Source: Lingula anatina (taxonomy: Eukaryota; Animalia; Brachiopoda). From it: a DNA stretch of 64,000 nt. The DNA is taken from contig CM120641.1 of the NCBI GenBank assembly GCA_051362555.1, forward strand, positions 5,270,001 to 5,334,000, given 5' to 3'. Within the stretch, counting starts at the first letter, position 1; every line of letters starts with the position of its first letter. The notes under the pieces were generated by a model. It had not been told where the DNA came from, did not search any database, and saw only the letters and a list, made by a program, of their open reading frames with translations. The position numbers and the translations under genes are program-made. This document shows positions 12,901-25,800 of this stretch, piece by piece.

Positions 12901-15900
12901 ATCCACTTTTGAAGGACAAAAACCTTTGACTGATTTGCTGCAAGAGAGAGAAAATGAGCTGTCCGAGTTGAAAGCAGAGAATGCCACTTTGTTGTCACAG
13001 GTAGAAGAGCAGGCCCAGAAATTGGTTGATCAAGAGGCCTTAAACCATGAACTCACCGAGTCTAAGAAACAGGTCTCCACAGTCAGGGAAGAAAACATTC
13101 GGTTAAAAACAGAAGTGACAGTTCTAAAAGAGAAAGAGGACAAGAACAAGATTGACACTAAAACCTTAGACATTATCACAGATCTTGAATCAGAAATCAC
13201 CTCTTTACATGGTAAAATAAGGGGAAAAGATAAAGAAATTGAAGATCTTAAGGAAATGATGGCTGAACTTGAAACAGGGATCACAGATTTAAATGAAAAA
13301 AGTGCAGAACAAGTAGCAAAGCTACAAGAATCAGAGGAGAAGCATGAGCTTGTTGAAACCAAGATGGTTGTTCTCAGTCAGAGTATGCTTCAAAAAGAGC
13401 AGGAAATTGGTGATCTTGAGAAGAAACTTGAACGAGCTAAATCTATGCTAGATGAAAAGCAGCAGCACTATGTTGAAACTGAAGAAGAAGAACCTTCTAA
13501 GCCAAACTTTAACCTTCCCGCAATAGAGTACAAAGCTAATTCAGAACCAGTTACTAATGGCATTGAAGATGAGAAGAGTAGAAGGGAGGAAAATGGAACA
13601 GCCTCTGTAAAGGAAATTAAGGAAAAGGACATGGAAGATGGTCCCTCTAAAGATGAACTGGAACAGCAAGTCTCTGACTTGAGAAAGGTATTACATGACA
13701 AAGATGAAGTGATTGCATCTATGCAAGAAAACAATGACTCATTACTTAAAATGTTAGAAGACCGCTCTTTCAGTATATACAAGGATAGAACTTTAGTAGA
13801 CCTCCACAAGGCTCAGAACCAAGTCAAATCCCTGCAGGTTGAAAGGGAACAGATTCTTTCAGTGCTCAACGAAAAAACACGTGAGGGTAGCTCCCTTAAA
13901 AGCGAAGTCCACCGTCTAATGAATGTGATATCTGCTGAAAAGGCAGCCATCTCTAAACTTCAAGAAGACAACCAAAAACTGGTGACAAACTCTCCGATGC
14001 GTGAGGCGCCAAATGAGGATATGACAAGGGAGGCCATTCAGAACCTCTCTCACATGGTGCGTAACAAGGAGATGGAGATTGAGGCCTTGAAGCAGAAAAA
14101 TGAAACATTACTCATGGTGCTACAGGAAAGCTCGCCTAACTCACCGGCACCACAAAAGGGTGCCACCGTGACGGAAGGTGGGGGTGCTAATACAAACAGT
14201 GTACAAGTTGGACTCCTGATGCAAGAGAGGGAGAACTTATCAAAACAACTGGCTGCATATCAGCAAGACAGGGAGCAAATCATTGCTGCTCTTACACAAA
14301 AACACCAAGAGAGTGTTGCCTATCACACTGAGATACAAAGGTTAACAGCTTGCCTCTCTACAGAGACACAGAAAATGGACAAGGTGCAAACGGACTATGA
14401 CAAACTTAGCCAGCAGTTTGAAGACAGACAGCAGTCACTTGTCAAAGCACAAAACGATTTGGCCAACTACAAACAAAAATATCAAGAATTAGATGAGAGG
14501 TACCAAGAACTCTCACAGCACCAGTTTGGCCAGGTAGACACTGTAGATCTTAGTTTATACAATTCAAAGTGTGAGGAGCTTAGCCTTCTAAATGATAGAC
14601 TAAAGAAGCAGAGTGATAGTAATTTAGAAAAGGACTCCAGGATTGGGGAATTGATAAATCAGGTCAGTAAGAACGACGAACTTTTGTCATCAAGGGAAAG
14701 TGAGTTAAATGCTACAAAAAAGAGACTTGAAAGTTTGACATTCCAGCTAGATGGTGTGCATGCAGAACTTAAAGATGTAGAGAAGGACAGAGCTATATGG
14801 AAGCAAAGGACAACAGAGCAGCAGTCTGAAAATGAAATGTTGAAGGAATCCTTGAACAGGATGTCTCTTGGTGTCCAAGAAAAAGACTTTGAGATTAACA
14901 CTCTTCAAGAGAAGTGTAAAACATTGACTAAGATGTATGAGGAGAAGGGGGATGAGAACAGCCCTCAGTTGCAGCAAATGCTTAAGGATTGTGAAGCATG
15001 GCAGGCTCAGGCGCAGACATTCCGTCAGGAGAGGGATCAGGCCGTACTGAACATGCAGCAGGTGCATGCAGAAAATAAGAATCTTATAAATGAGGTAGGT
15101 GATCATTCTTCCAAGACCAAATTTTTATTTTGAATGCAAGTAATGATTTAATGTCATTAGGTGACATGTAATGTTTTGCACTGAATTCTCAGGTTTACCC
15201 TTTTCTAACAAATTCTATATACTATTATAAAAGCTTCTTTTCTCTTAAAGTGTCTTACATTTCTTTCCTGAAATCTAATTTTAGTTCTCTTGTTTAGTTG
15301 CAGGCACTAAGAGACCAGAACCAGAAAGCTCAGAAGGAACTGGAACGACTTAGAAACCACCTGCTCCAAGTATGATTTTTTTAATTTATCTATAGTAAAT
15401 AAATTATAACATAGATTTGTGCATAACGTGCTTCTGGAATTATATATTTTGATCTTAGCTTTACCACATATGGACCACTTAACTTGTAAAAGATATCTTT
15501 CTTGCATTCATTGGTACAAGAATAAGATATCATAGTGTGAATGTTTTACTTTTCCAGACAGAAGAGAGTTATGTTCAGGAAGCCCTCCAGTCTGAAGAGC
15601 GAGAAAAGCAGTTGCTCAATCGTCTTCACTCAGCAGAAGAAAAAGCATTAGCTTCAGACACAGCCATCCAGGAGTCAGAGTAAGTTCACAGACTGGCCTA
15701 GCTTGAAGATGTATTAAAGAATTACTAGCACCTGTGTGCTTTACATGCACTCTGGTACTTGGATGGTGTGCCAGTTACATTCAGATCAAAAAGACATGAT
15801 ATTTTACTGTCAGAAATGAGAATCTGCATCAATTCAAGATATTTATTCCAGCTTTTAAGTTATTTTGATATATTTGTGTAAAGAAAGAAGTACCCAGATG

Positions 15901-18900
15901 CATTCATACTGCTAATTTTATGAATGCATGGTCCTTGAAGAAATAAAGATTAATTGTTTACCCTCTCTGTCCACAGTCAACTAAAGGACCAACACATAGA
16001 AAGTCTGAAGGAACAGTTGTATGTGATGTCGCAGAAGAAGGATGAAGTAACTGCACAGCTTATACAGACACAAAGTATACTTCAGCAGTATGCTGCCTCT
16101 GTTACTAATCTACAGATGGTGCTCGAGAAATTCCAAGCTGGTAAATATTTGGGTGTTCACCCCATCAATTTGAGTTTGTTCTGGTTATGTAAACGTGGGT
16201 GTGTTTACATGAGCATGCATGTGCACCTGATAATGCATACTCATGCAAGTGCTTGTGTGCATGCACAAACAGTACTTTGTTAAAATTAACATGCTGGAGC
16301 CTATAGTGTTTGCAAAGAACCCTGATATTTATATTGGACAAGTTGAAACAACTTTTTTGACTGTATGGTTCTGTAACATAATAATCTGGTTTAATTCCCC
16401 TAATCGTGGTTTATTTGAAAAGCTTCAAGGATAGTAAGTGGTTATTGCATATGATTTAAGGTGATACTATTTGTAATTACCAGATAAAATTGCTGAGGAA
16501 GAAATGCACCAGGAACAGATCAGGAAAGCTCAGGAAGAATCCATGCAACTGAAGGCCCAAATAGCAGATTTACAGGTAGGTTGACTTTTTGTACATGCAT
16601 AAACACATTGTACCTTAGCATGCCGATTGATATTAACTTTCCTTACTGTTAGGGGTATACTACCTTCTGTATATCTTATGATGGTAGACCTGGATTTTTT
16701 CATTTTTGTTTTTGGTAAATCTTGCATGCCATTTTTTTCTTTTTCCTTGAAAATTATAAGATTTGTATATAAAACAAATGATTATATAAGTATTTTCATA
16801 TATATTTCAGAACCAGATGGTAGAAGCCTCTGATGCCTTGGATGCAGCTCAGCGTCTCAGTGAACAGATAGACAAGAAGGAAGACGTGGTGCAGGCTCTC
16901 AAGGAAGAAGGTAATTACAGACATTCTGATTGGTGAAAAAAAGGTCACATGACTTGAACCATGATTGAAAGTATTTGTTTGATTGGATTCTTGAGAATTG
17001 CATTAGAAGCATAGTCAATTTGAATGATTGAAACTATGTTAGTAATAACTGATGAATACGGGACTAAGACATTGGACTACAATATGTGAGGTGTTGAGGG
17101 GACAGTGTGCAGTAAACTGGATCAGTTGTGAGAGCAGTCCTCTAATCTCCACTGGTAATTCAGAGATGAGCTGAAGCTTACAGTTGTCAGCAGAGACTGG
17201 AGGGCTGGTTCTCATTGCAGCAGGCACAGGTCCAGCCAGTGTGGAGGAAAATACAGTTGTAGCATGCAATTTTATCTTATAAAAATGGCTGAGGACAGAA
17301 ATAAGTGGAAGATGGGGGCATTGTTGAAGTGATCCGTACTCATGACAAAGAAGATTGGTGGATGTGAGAGCATAAATGTTGAAATGATTTTTATGAAGAT
17401 GAAAAAAGACTTATTTTAAATTTATTATTTTTACTGATGAAATATATGTCTTATATCTGTAGCCTGAGTGTATCAGTGGTACATATATAATATTTGCATG
17501 TATTTTCACTGCATGTTTTTGTCTGGACTAATATTGGTGTGTTGTTAATTATACAATAACTGTATCTTATTTTGATATTCTTTTGCATGTGGCCACATTT
17601 GCTCTTTTATTTTGTTTCCTTTGCATGTTGTCCAAGTTATGTTGGATGTTGTTGGTGTTGTCGTGTTGTGCGCGGTTTCCAAATATCAGCTGGTAATTCT
17701 GGGCTCTTAATTTGCTCAGAATTCTATCTGGTATTGGGGAATCCTTGCACCTCTCACTGTGTCTATAACCCTGTGGCATGGATGGGCAATGGAGCATTGG
17801 TGGAATCAAGGTGTTGATGGTGAAGGGTATTGCAGAATCTAACATATAATCCTTATGATAGTGTTCCTGGCACACATGTAAATCACCATTATGATATTGT
17901 TGTGAAATTGTTGAATGGGTTTATGTAATTTTCTGTATTATCTAATCCTCATTTTTAATTCATATTTTCTGTGTGATTTATTTTGGCTTTGGCTTCAGTA
18001 AAGAAAAAATCTTGTCTGTCTTGTTTTATCATTTTAGAGTCTGTGTTTAGTGTCTGTTCATATGTTACTTTATGAAACCTTATCTTAGATCTTATTGGTA
18101 TTTTTAAAAAAACAACTAAGGTACAGCAGGAAAACAATGCAGCACCTGTATTTATGTCATCTTATGAAACATTTTCACCTACACATTTTTGTTACCCAAC
18201 TTAAGATGCACCTCACATTTCTTTATTTGATTTTAAACAAGTTTTATTCATAGACTAGGCAACTTCTAGAGTATAGGTTTTTTTATTTTGCTGTTTTAAT
18301 CCTTGGCTAACATCATGTAAATGTAGCATTAATCTCAGCTGGTAATTATGAGTATTTATCCAAAAGCCTCAAGTTACCAGGTGAGATTTAAGCTATGTTC
18401 TACTAACCAACTTACTGTACATTAATGAAAAATATACACAGCTGTTGACCCTGATTCACAATACTAACTGATTTAACCAATTTAACTGGTAGTTTCTGTC
18501 TGTTCAAAGTTTGTATGAATTGAACTTCTGTGTTTCTGTACTAAGCAATTTGAAAAGTTAACAATGAAAGCCTCCTGATCTCTCCTGTGTACAGAGATGA
18601 AAAAAAAGGAAAACTGACAGTTAGGATACAAATGTTATATAATGTTTACGGAAGTAAGGGTGGCTCATCCTGTGAAATTACCAGTATAAAAAGTATGAGA
18701 ATGTCATCCATGAGTATTACATCAGGTACTGATGGTGATTCTCAACTCAGTGCCTTGTGTGATATTCTTGGGTTGCTGCTCATTTCAACACTAGCTGGTT
18801 GTAGATGAACAAATCCCAGGGAAGTGAAATACATTGTATTTGGCAACAGGAATGAGCTTGGACTGAAGGTTGCCACCAAACTGAGTATTGGGTGCCAAAG

Positions 18901-20695
18901 AACTGATTAATTTCCAACATCAAGACCAATTTGGAGATGGGCAGAGAATTACAACTTTTGATTTGTTAAAGAAGGATGGGTTTTTAAAATCCTAGTCAGA
19001 TGTTATCCCAAACAGAGCACATTTTCATTCCTAGCAACTGCCTCTTTTGCCGTGTTTTATTCAATTGAAATACATATTGCACAGAAGGGTGAGGCTTATT
19101 AGCATATTAATCTTATGTGAAGGAGTTGATGAATGGTTTAATAGACTTGAATACAGCACACCATGTCATCAAGAGACTTGTTTTCCCTTCCAGTACACCA
19201 GCGTGATGAGCTGTTAAGAGAAGCAGGTGAAAAAATCCGCCAGCTGACCAGTGTAACGGAAGGTCAAGTGGACAAGTAAGTAGGGGGAGAATATTGTTAT
19301 GTCTTATCTTGGAACAATTTCATTGATCAAACTCTGTATTACTTCACTACAGCACAGGACTTAAGAAATATACCTTTACTCACTTTTTTACATTACATGC
19401 AGTGGTGAACAAAAATAATGCACATTATCATGATGAAAATTTCTAACCCTTTGGGATGTCAGCTTTTCATAATACGTTGAAGATATACAAATATATCACT
19501 CCTTTTTGTTGTATTTTAGACTTATAATGAAGAACCTGTTCATGGGCTACTTCCACACCCCACCAGCCAAACGCCAGGATGTGGTACTGCTGATCTCGCG
19601 GGTCCTGGACTTCACCTCAGAGGAAATGAAAAAGGTTTGTTATGTTGTCAACTTTTACACATTTTTATATGTCACAGCTTTTTTTTGGTTTTATTGATGT
19701 GTATTGGCTAGAAAACCAAAATTGTATGCAAGTGGATTGTTATCATCTTTATTTTTTGTTCGATTTTTAATCTTTTACACAGTGAGTATCGACATGGAGA
19801 TTACAACAGTGTTCCCATGTTTTCTTTTGTGCACATTTAAAGTATTTGAACAAAATGTTTTTACAAAATAAGCTTTGTGGATGACTAAAATATTGCAAAT
19901 AGTATCCTATCCAGAATGTTTTAGCCAAAAATGACATAAACTCATTCAGGTCATGGAAGAGAGCAGTGGTGGAGGTGGCAGACGATGGATTCCAATTCCC
20001 AGCATCTGGGGCATGGGACGGTCTCCTTCCACTGACCCGCCAAAGACTCCCACAAAGCAGCCACAGCAAGCGCAGAAAAGTTTTGATCAGGTATGGATGT
20101 TGAAATGCAAGTCTTTTTTTAGAAGACTAGTAAATTGATAAAAGTTCTTTATTATGCTCAGCTTTTATCATACTTTTTTGTCAGACATGTTTTGCTATTT
20201 TTAGTCAAATCAATTTAGTTAAACATTATTTGGTTTGCTGTCTTTAGTATTGAAGTATAGCATTATTGGAAGGAAAGTGAATTTTTCAACAAATTTACTG
20301 CTTTAAAATTTTACCTGGTTTGGCATAATTTGTTTCGTTTATTTCAGTCGTTTTCTGAGTTGTTTGTCAAGTTCCTGGAGCGAGAGTCAAGCCCTCAGCC
20401 ACAGCTCAAACTCCCAGTGGATCAAATGGTCAGGGAGGAACAGGAAAAACAGCAGCAGCAACAAAAAGCCAGTTTCAATCCGTTTGCTGCTCCACGCCAT
20501 GTCGCCTTTCCACTACAAATGGCTTCTTCAGAGCCTTCATCAGAACTTCTACAGCCTCATTTTGGTGGCCTGGCGGACTTGAAACTGTCCCCTTTACCGA
20601 CATTGTTAGCGGACTCATCTAATACTAGCTCATTGAACAATACACCAAACACAAGTCGTCCATCTAGTCGACAAGATAAAACACAGCATACGTAA
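993..20695 (+). CDS. TRIP11: Golgin GMAP-210 / thyroid receptor-interacting protein 11, 5'-partial (starts upstream of the window)
   Basis: Phase-consistent GT-AG exons: 993-1152, 6593-6801, 7065-7172, 7595-7793, 8092-8173, 8661-8970, 10326-10526, 11092-11173, 11454-15094 (3.6 kb coiled-coil exon), 15298-15369, 15558-15679, 15977-16140, 16484-16575, 16811-16910, 19194-19275, 19520-19634, 19950-20090, 20348-20695. Recognised motifs: ELERLRNHLL, ALDAAQRLSEQ, GRAB domain VDKLIMKNLFMGYFHTPPAKRQDVVLLISRVLDFTSEE, and GA1 motif SFSELFVKFLERES. AATAAA at ~20925. Confidence 0.93.
9493..9504 (+). CDS. Candidate 12-nt alternative microexon of TRIP11 (VYSK)
   Basis: Context is ctcttgtttcctttgctaatttcctttggtgtag|GTTTATTCAAAG|gttagt: pyrimidine tract, CTAAT branch-like site and a good donor. 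It is frame-preserving within a phase-0 intron. Confidence 0.5.
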
Positions 20696-22750
20696 CATAG
20701 TCATGTGATTCCTAGACATAGTAGTTTAATATTGTAGATTCCCCTTGCATTGATGAAGATCATGTATCTCTTATTTCTTTTTCAATTTGAAGATGTATTA
20801 TGTAAACAGTATTTCTTTAGTAGCATCACTCTAAATATTTGGGATAAAGCTCTTCAATATTTTAGTCAGAATGCATTATCAGACTGATCATGTTGTTATG
20901 GTCTGCTACAAAATGAGACGATTCAATAAACACAATTTCAAATCTTTCTTTTCAAACAAACACTCTTATTTCATATCATGGGAAAAGGTAACTTGTTGAT
21001 TCTGTGCGTATAGTCTGTGTGTATATGTTTTAACGTTACAACTAACTTATTTGTGTTCGGGGGAATTCCTGTTACCTACATACACGGTATATAATCTAAG
21101 GAGAATATTTATGTGATGTATGCGCATTTAAAACGTACCAAGAAATGAACGTGAAATTCTGTATCTACTGACCAGTTGCATTTTAACTAATGAAAATAAA
21201 CCATCGTTAAAATTATAATTATTGGTTTATTCCCGTTTATTATGTTGAGACATATCATGGGCCATATATGATGTCCATACGGTACCTGTATACTGGCAGC
21301 ACGTCAGCTCAGTATGTCCCATTTTATGCTGTATCTGTGCGGATGCAGTCGTTGGTCGTATTGAAACCGCACTGATTCACGGTCTCCTTTGTCCTCTACC
21401 AGGGCTGCAGATGTGAACTTTTCTCTCACAGTGTAGGAAAGTCTATCATTTAACGGGAGGCATATTCGCGAATATCTGCACGCAGGGTGTACGTCTGCTT
21501 TACGACACTGAGACTGAAAGGGTTCCGTGTAAGAATCGCACGCAAAGTTGAACAAGATTTCATCGCACGCCCCCCATGGCAAATGTTATCTAGGCTAAAC
21601 CAAGACTTTACCGATTTGCAAGTTGAACAGGGTTTTTATGTATGAGCTTCATAGTATCTTTGGAAAGTGAAAAATACTGAGGGTGAGGTCAAAGTACACA
21701 GCCATGTAATCCAGTGCTCAGCGTGACGTACCCTGTACCTTAGGGCTTACGTACTTATAAAATACAGTCATGATTCCTTCTAGAGTGAACATTTTGACGT
21801 CATGCTGGGGGCTTTGGACGTTATGTTTGAAATGCTTCGTTCCATTGCATAAAGTTAAAGCAAAAAAGTGGAAATATTACGTTATGGCTGCTTATGAAGT
21901 GAATGATGAAATAGTCCAAAAAAAAGAATATAAGGTTCAAAAGAATTTATGGTTATCATCCCTGCAAACAGGACACCTGTTTTGGAAGACGAAACACTTC
22001 CCCATGAAATATTTGCTAGCATCGCTCTAATTGTTCTCTATTTTATGAACCAGTTAATATGATTTATCAAAAGAAACAATGTACAAGGCATCGCAAAGAA
22101 ATTGAAAGCAAGCCTAACGGGTGTGAAAAGAGCCTAAAATTTAAAAAATCATGATCCCCGAAATAAAGCTAAAGGCAGCGAATTACGCTCGTTAATGAAA
22201 CCTACCTCGAAACGGATTTTAGCGTATTCAGATATGTTGCCCTTAGAACCCAATTTTAACTTTTAATTTAACCATTTCTTTTAATCAAAACAAAGCACCC
22301 GAAACGGGTCTTCTAGGATAATTATTAGATTTTTTGTTCGGTCTGCATGAAATAATATATTACTATAAACATTGGAATGTAATAATGAAAATAATTTTTA
22401 TTTCGTTGTCAACTTTCATTAACTTTATTGTCATCATCTTTGTTATTATCATTTACGTCTAATGCAGTTTATTTAATTTAAATATAGCAAATTTAAATAT
22501 ATCAATCACAAAGATCACTTTGTCTAAACACACGTTATCGCCGCCTTTGCTTTTTACAATAAAAGAACCTGCTTTTATATTTTTTTTCGTGTTCGGGCAT
22601 CCAAGTCTATCATCTCAACGTGTATGTTGAGTAAACATATAAATTTCAGTCCTAAAATGTTAACATAACAAATTCCTCCACAGTTATTGAATATAAACAC
22701 CCTACACATATTTCATCACAGGATACGTCGTTCAAAATGCCAAGATAATA

Positions 22751-22758
22751 TATAAAAG
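22751..22758 (+). promoter_or_regulatory. TATA box of the ANKFN1-like gene
   Basis: TATAAAAG lies ~100 nt upstream of the ATG at 22859. Confidence 0.5.
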
Positions 22759-22858
22759 GCAGACTCAAACAACATTTCACCAAAGGCAATTTTGATTCGA
22801 ATTCGTTAACTCAGGTCCCGGTTTTTCCTCTGTCTGAATAGTGAAGCTGCCCATCGAA

Positions 22859-25800
22859 ATGATTTCAAAAACAGTCCAGGTTGCATTGAAACTGATCAAA
22901 TCTGAACTCCTAGGGAATGGTGAGTATTGGGTTTAAAAAAGCTTTTGACTTTCAGCTGTTTCTCGGTATAGCTTTAATTTTCATGGTTATTATTAACATT
23001 TTCGTCTTTCAGGTGTTCAATTATGTAGAACTGTATAAGTCAAAGTCACCAAATTCAGCTGCATTTAATGATAAATAAATAATAATAATCAGTTAATTAA
23101 ACATAGCAACCAAAAAGCTAGGTTAAAGTTGTACAAATGTGTAAGTGCAAATAAAAAATTTAAAGACAAACCAATTGTCTTTTTGATTTAATTAATTGTC
23201 TTTTTGATATACAAATTAATGAATCATTTTATTTGCACATCTTAAACTTTAATGGTTTATAATTCACTTTTAAGATCTTCGACAGAAACCAATTGTGAAA
23301 TATATTCTATATGCACCAGCTGAATAAATTATTATCATTATGTATAACATTTAACACCTTGTATCGTAACTTTGAAATAGACGAATGTATACCATTCTGC
23401 ATATGATTTTAAATTTACATGATAAGGTGAGTACACTATAGAATGTTTCCCTTTAAAAAGTTAGCAATGCCGTGTAGCAAATGCACGTTTTGATCATATC
23501 TCATACTTTTTTGGAGATGTTCATCATTCCTTCATCTTGACATTTTCATGATCCATTTGCATCTTCTTTCACAAGTACTTGGAAAATTATGAAAATGGTT
23601 CTATAAAACAACTTTGATACAAACCTTTTCCTCTTACTTTAATTGCAGGATTTTCTTCGTTCAAAGTGAAGGACCTATCCCCGATCCTAAAGAGAAAAGT
23701 AAAATGCAAGAAAACAACAAGACGCAAAAATAATAAAAATGGTAGGTGGGCTCTTTTTAAGGAAGATTGAATGTAGACTAAAACAACTTGAAACGTTTTC
23801 TCCTTGTTTAAACATTTGTGAATTTTTTTGCATTCGCACAACTTATGAATGTGTGAATGACCTTGCTATTGAATATTTAGTTTGGCTACGTAGTTAGTGC
23901 TAATTTTACCCACAGATTCGAAGTGTCCACGACGCCTGAGCCTCGAAAACCTAAATAAACTTTGTGAAGAAATTAAGAGCTTTCGCACAGAAATGAGAGG
24001 TAAGACTAAAAATGAAGAGATTTTTTTTTCAGAATTAAGCGACATTTGTAATTGATCAGTATTACGCCTGTATTATATCAATGAATATACTAATTATTTT
24101 AATTATTTAGCGGGATTAGCTGAGAAAGACCACAGAATACAAATTATTCCCAGGTTTGCGAAAGAAAGAGATGGGGGCCATGCAAAATTGATGTGAATTT
24201 TAATGCGGATATGCGTTTCATTTGTATCTGAATTGTAAAACTTGAATGATGTTTTACGGAAATGTATAAAAAGACGAATTTCTGGCCAGCAAGTATACCT
24301 TTACAGGGCAATATTAACACGCACGAGGCAAACACGCACGTGCAAAGATTAGAAATAGAACCTATCTGGTTTAGTTTCGCCACAGTAGATACATGTACGT
24401 TTGTGCTGAAATGATATCTCGGAAAACTTGCAACGCCAATTTCAAGAGAACCGACGGTTAAGTCACATTCACACACTTTTTCTTGGTTGAGTGATGGAGG
24501 CGGAGTGAATAATTTAAAATTTTTTTCATTAAGGCTCAATGAAATTGTTATTTCTTATTTTGGTATGTTCATCCTTACTTTTAGTTTTTCGTATTTCATA
24601 TTGGTTAACTTTCTATTCAGAAAAACTTGGATGCAAGTCTCCAACATTTAACCGGAAGAGTGCCCTCAGGAAATCAGTTAAAGCGATGTTCCGAACAGGA
24701 CCAAAATTTCAGTCGTGTTTAAAAAGGTAAAATTGCTTTTTTTTTGTCTATTAATTATGGACTTTCAATGCAGACTTTTCTGCATATGTAAGTTAAAGTT
24801 TCAGTGCAATATACACGAACCTGAATTATTCATACCAGTAATATAAGGCATCTTATTAATAAAAAAAAAACGTTATGATAACGTTCCGGAGTAACATGAG
24901 GTTGGTCAAATTCTCATGACTCTTACTGTTGATTGTAAAATTTTTTGACAAGCAATCTTTTTGTATTCAAAACAACCTATAGTATGATTTTATGTCTTCT
25001 ACGTTTGTTATTGTATTTTTATCATTTGTATTTTGATGTAATCTAGGGGCGTATACATTGCCACCCTCCTCTACCATAACGACAAAATCCTGGTCACTAA
25101 AAGGGGGACGTTGCCGACCTTCAAAATTGATGACGACTACCCAAGTGCAAGTTTTAATGCTGATTTCCATTGGATGATGAAGGTATTTAAGATTCTCTCC
25201 ATATTTTTTCTAATGATGCAGACAAAATGTGTTTTGAAGTGTCTCATTGTTGTTATGATGTTTATTATTGTTATTTTCGTCTTTCAGGTGTTGAATTATG
25301 TTGAAATGTATAAGTCAAAGTCACCAAATTCAACTGGGTTTAATAATAATAATAATAATACATAATTAAACATAGCAATCAAAAAGGTTGAAGTTATACA
25401 AATGTGAAGGTGCAAATAAAAATTAAAGAGAAAAGATTTACTTAAAGATCAAAATAAGCACAGGTCCCAAAAAGCTAGTTAAAGAAAATGGAGTAGGAGA
25501 CTTGTGGAATCTTTCAATTAAATATTTGGCAACTGAAGGTAGATTGAGTGTTTTATTTCTTCTCTATACAGTTAACTCCCATTTAAAAAATTATCTTGCA
25601 TATACTGTATGAGGGATCCCGACCAGTACCACTTCCACGCCAACCACCCCCTTAGATAGTCACCGATTTCCTCTTCCATAATTGGAATTGGAAGCTTCGA
25701 AGTACGAGCCCTTCGATCTCCCTGGTTCATCTACTCTGATGAGGGCGATACAACATCGTCGCTTTTCAGATTTGCTCGATAAACTCAATCAGATTGCTCG

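Noticed and set aside
12117-15106. Minus-strand ORFs inside the large TRIP11 exon
   Set aside because: They are antisense shadows of Glu/Lys/Gln-rich coiled-coil codons.
17043-17089. Alternative terminal exon giving a GRAB-less TRIP11 (VITDEYGTKTLDYNM*)
   Set aside because: The phase fits, but the acceptor has no pyrimidine tract, so it is unsupported.
25600-25800. GC-richer block in intron 5 of the ANKFN1-like gene as an extra exon or nested gene
   Set aside because: No consistent splice sites or recognisable protein in any frame examined. Probably a TE remnant.
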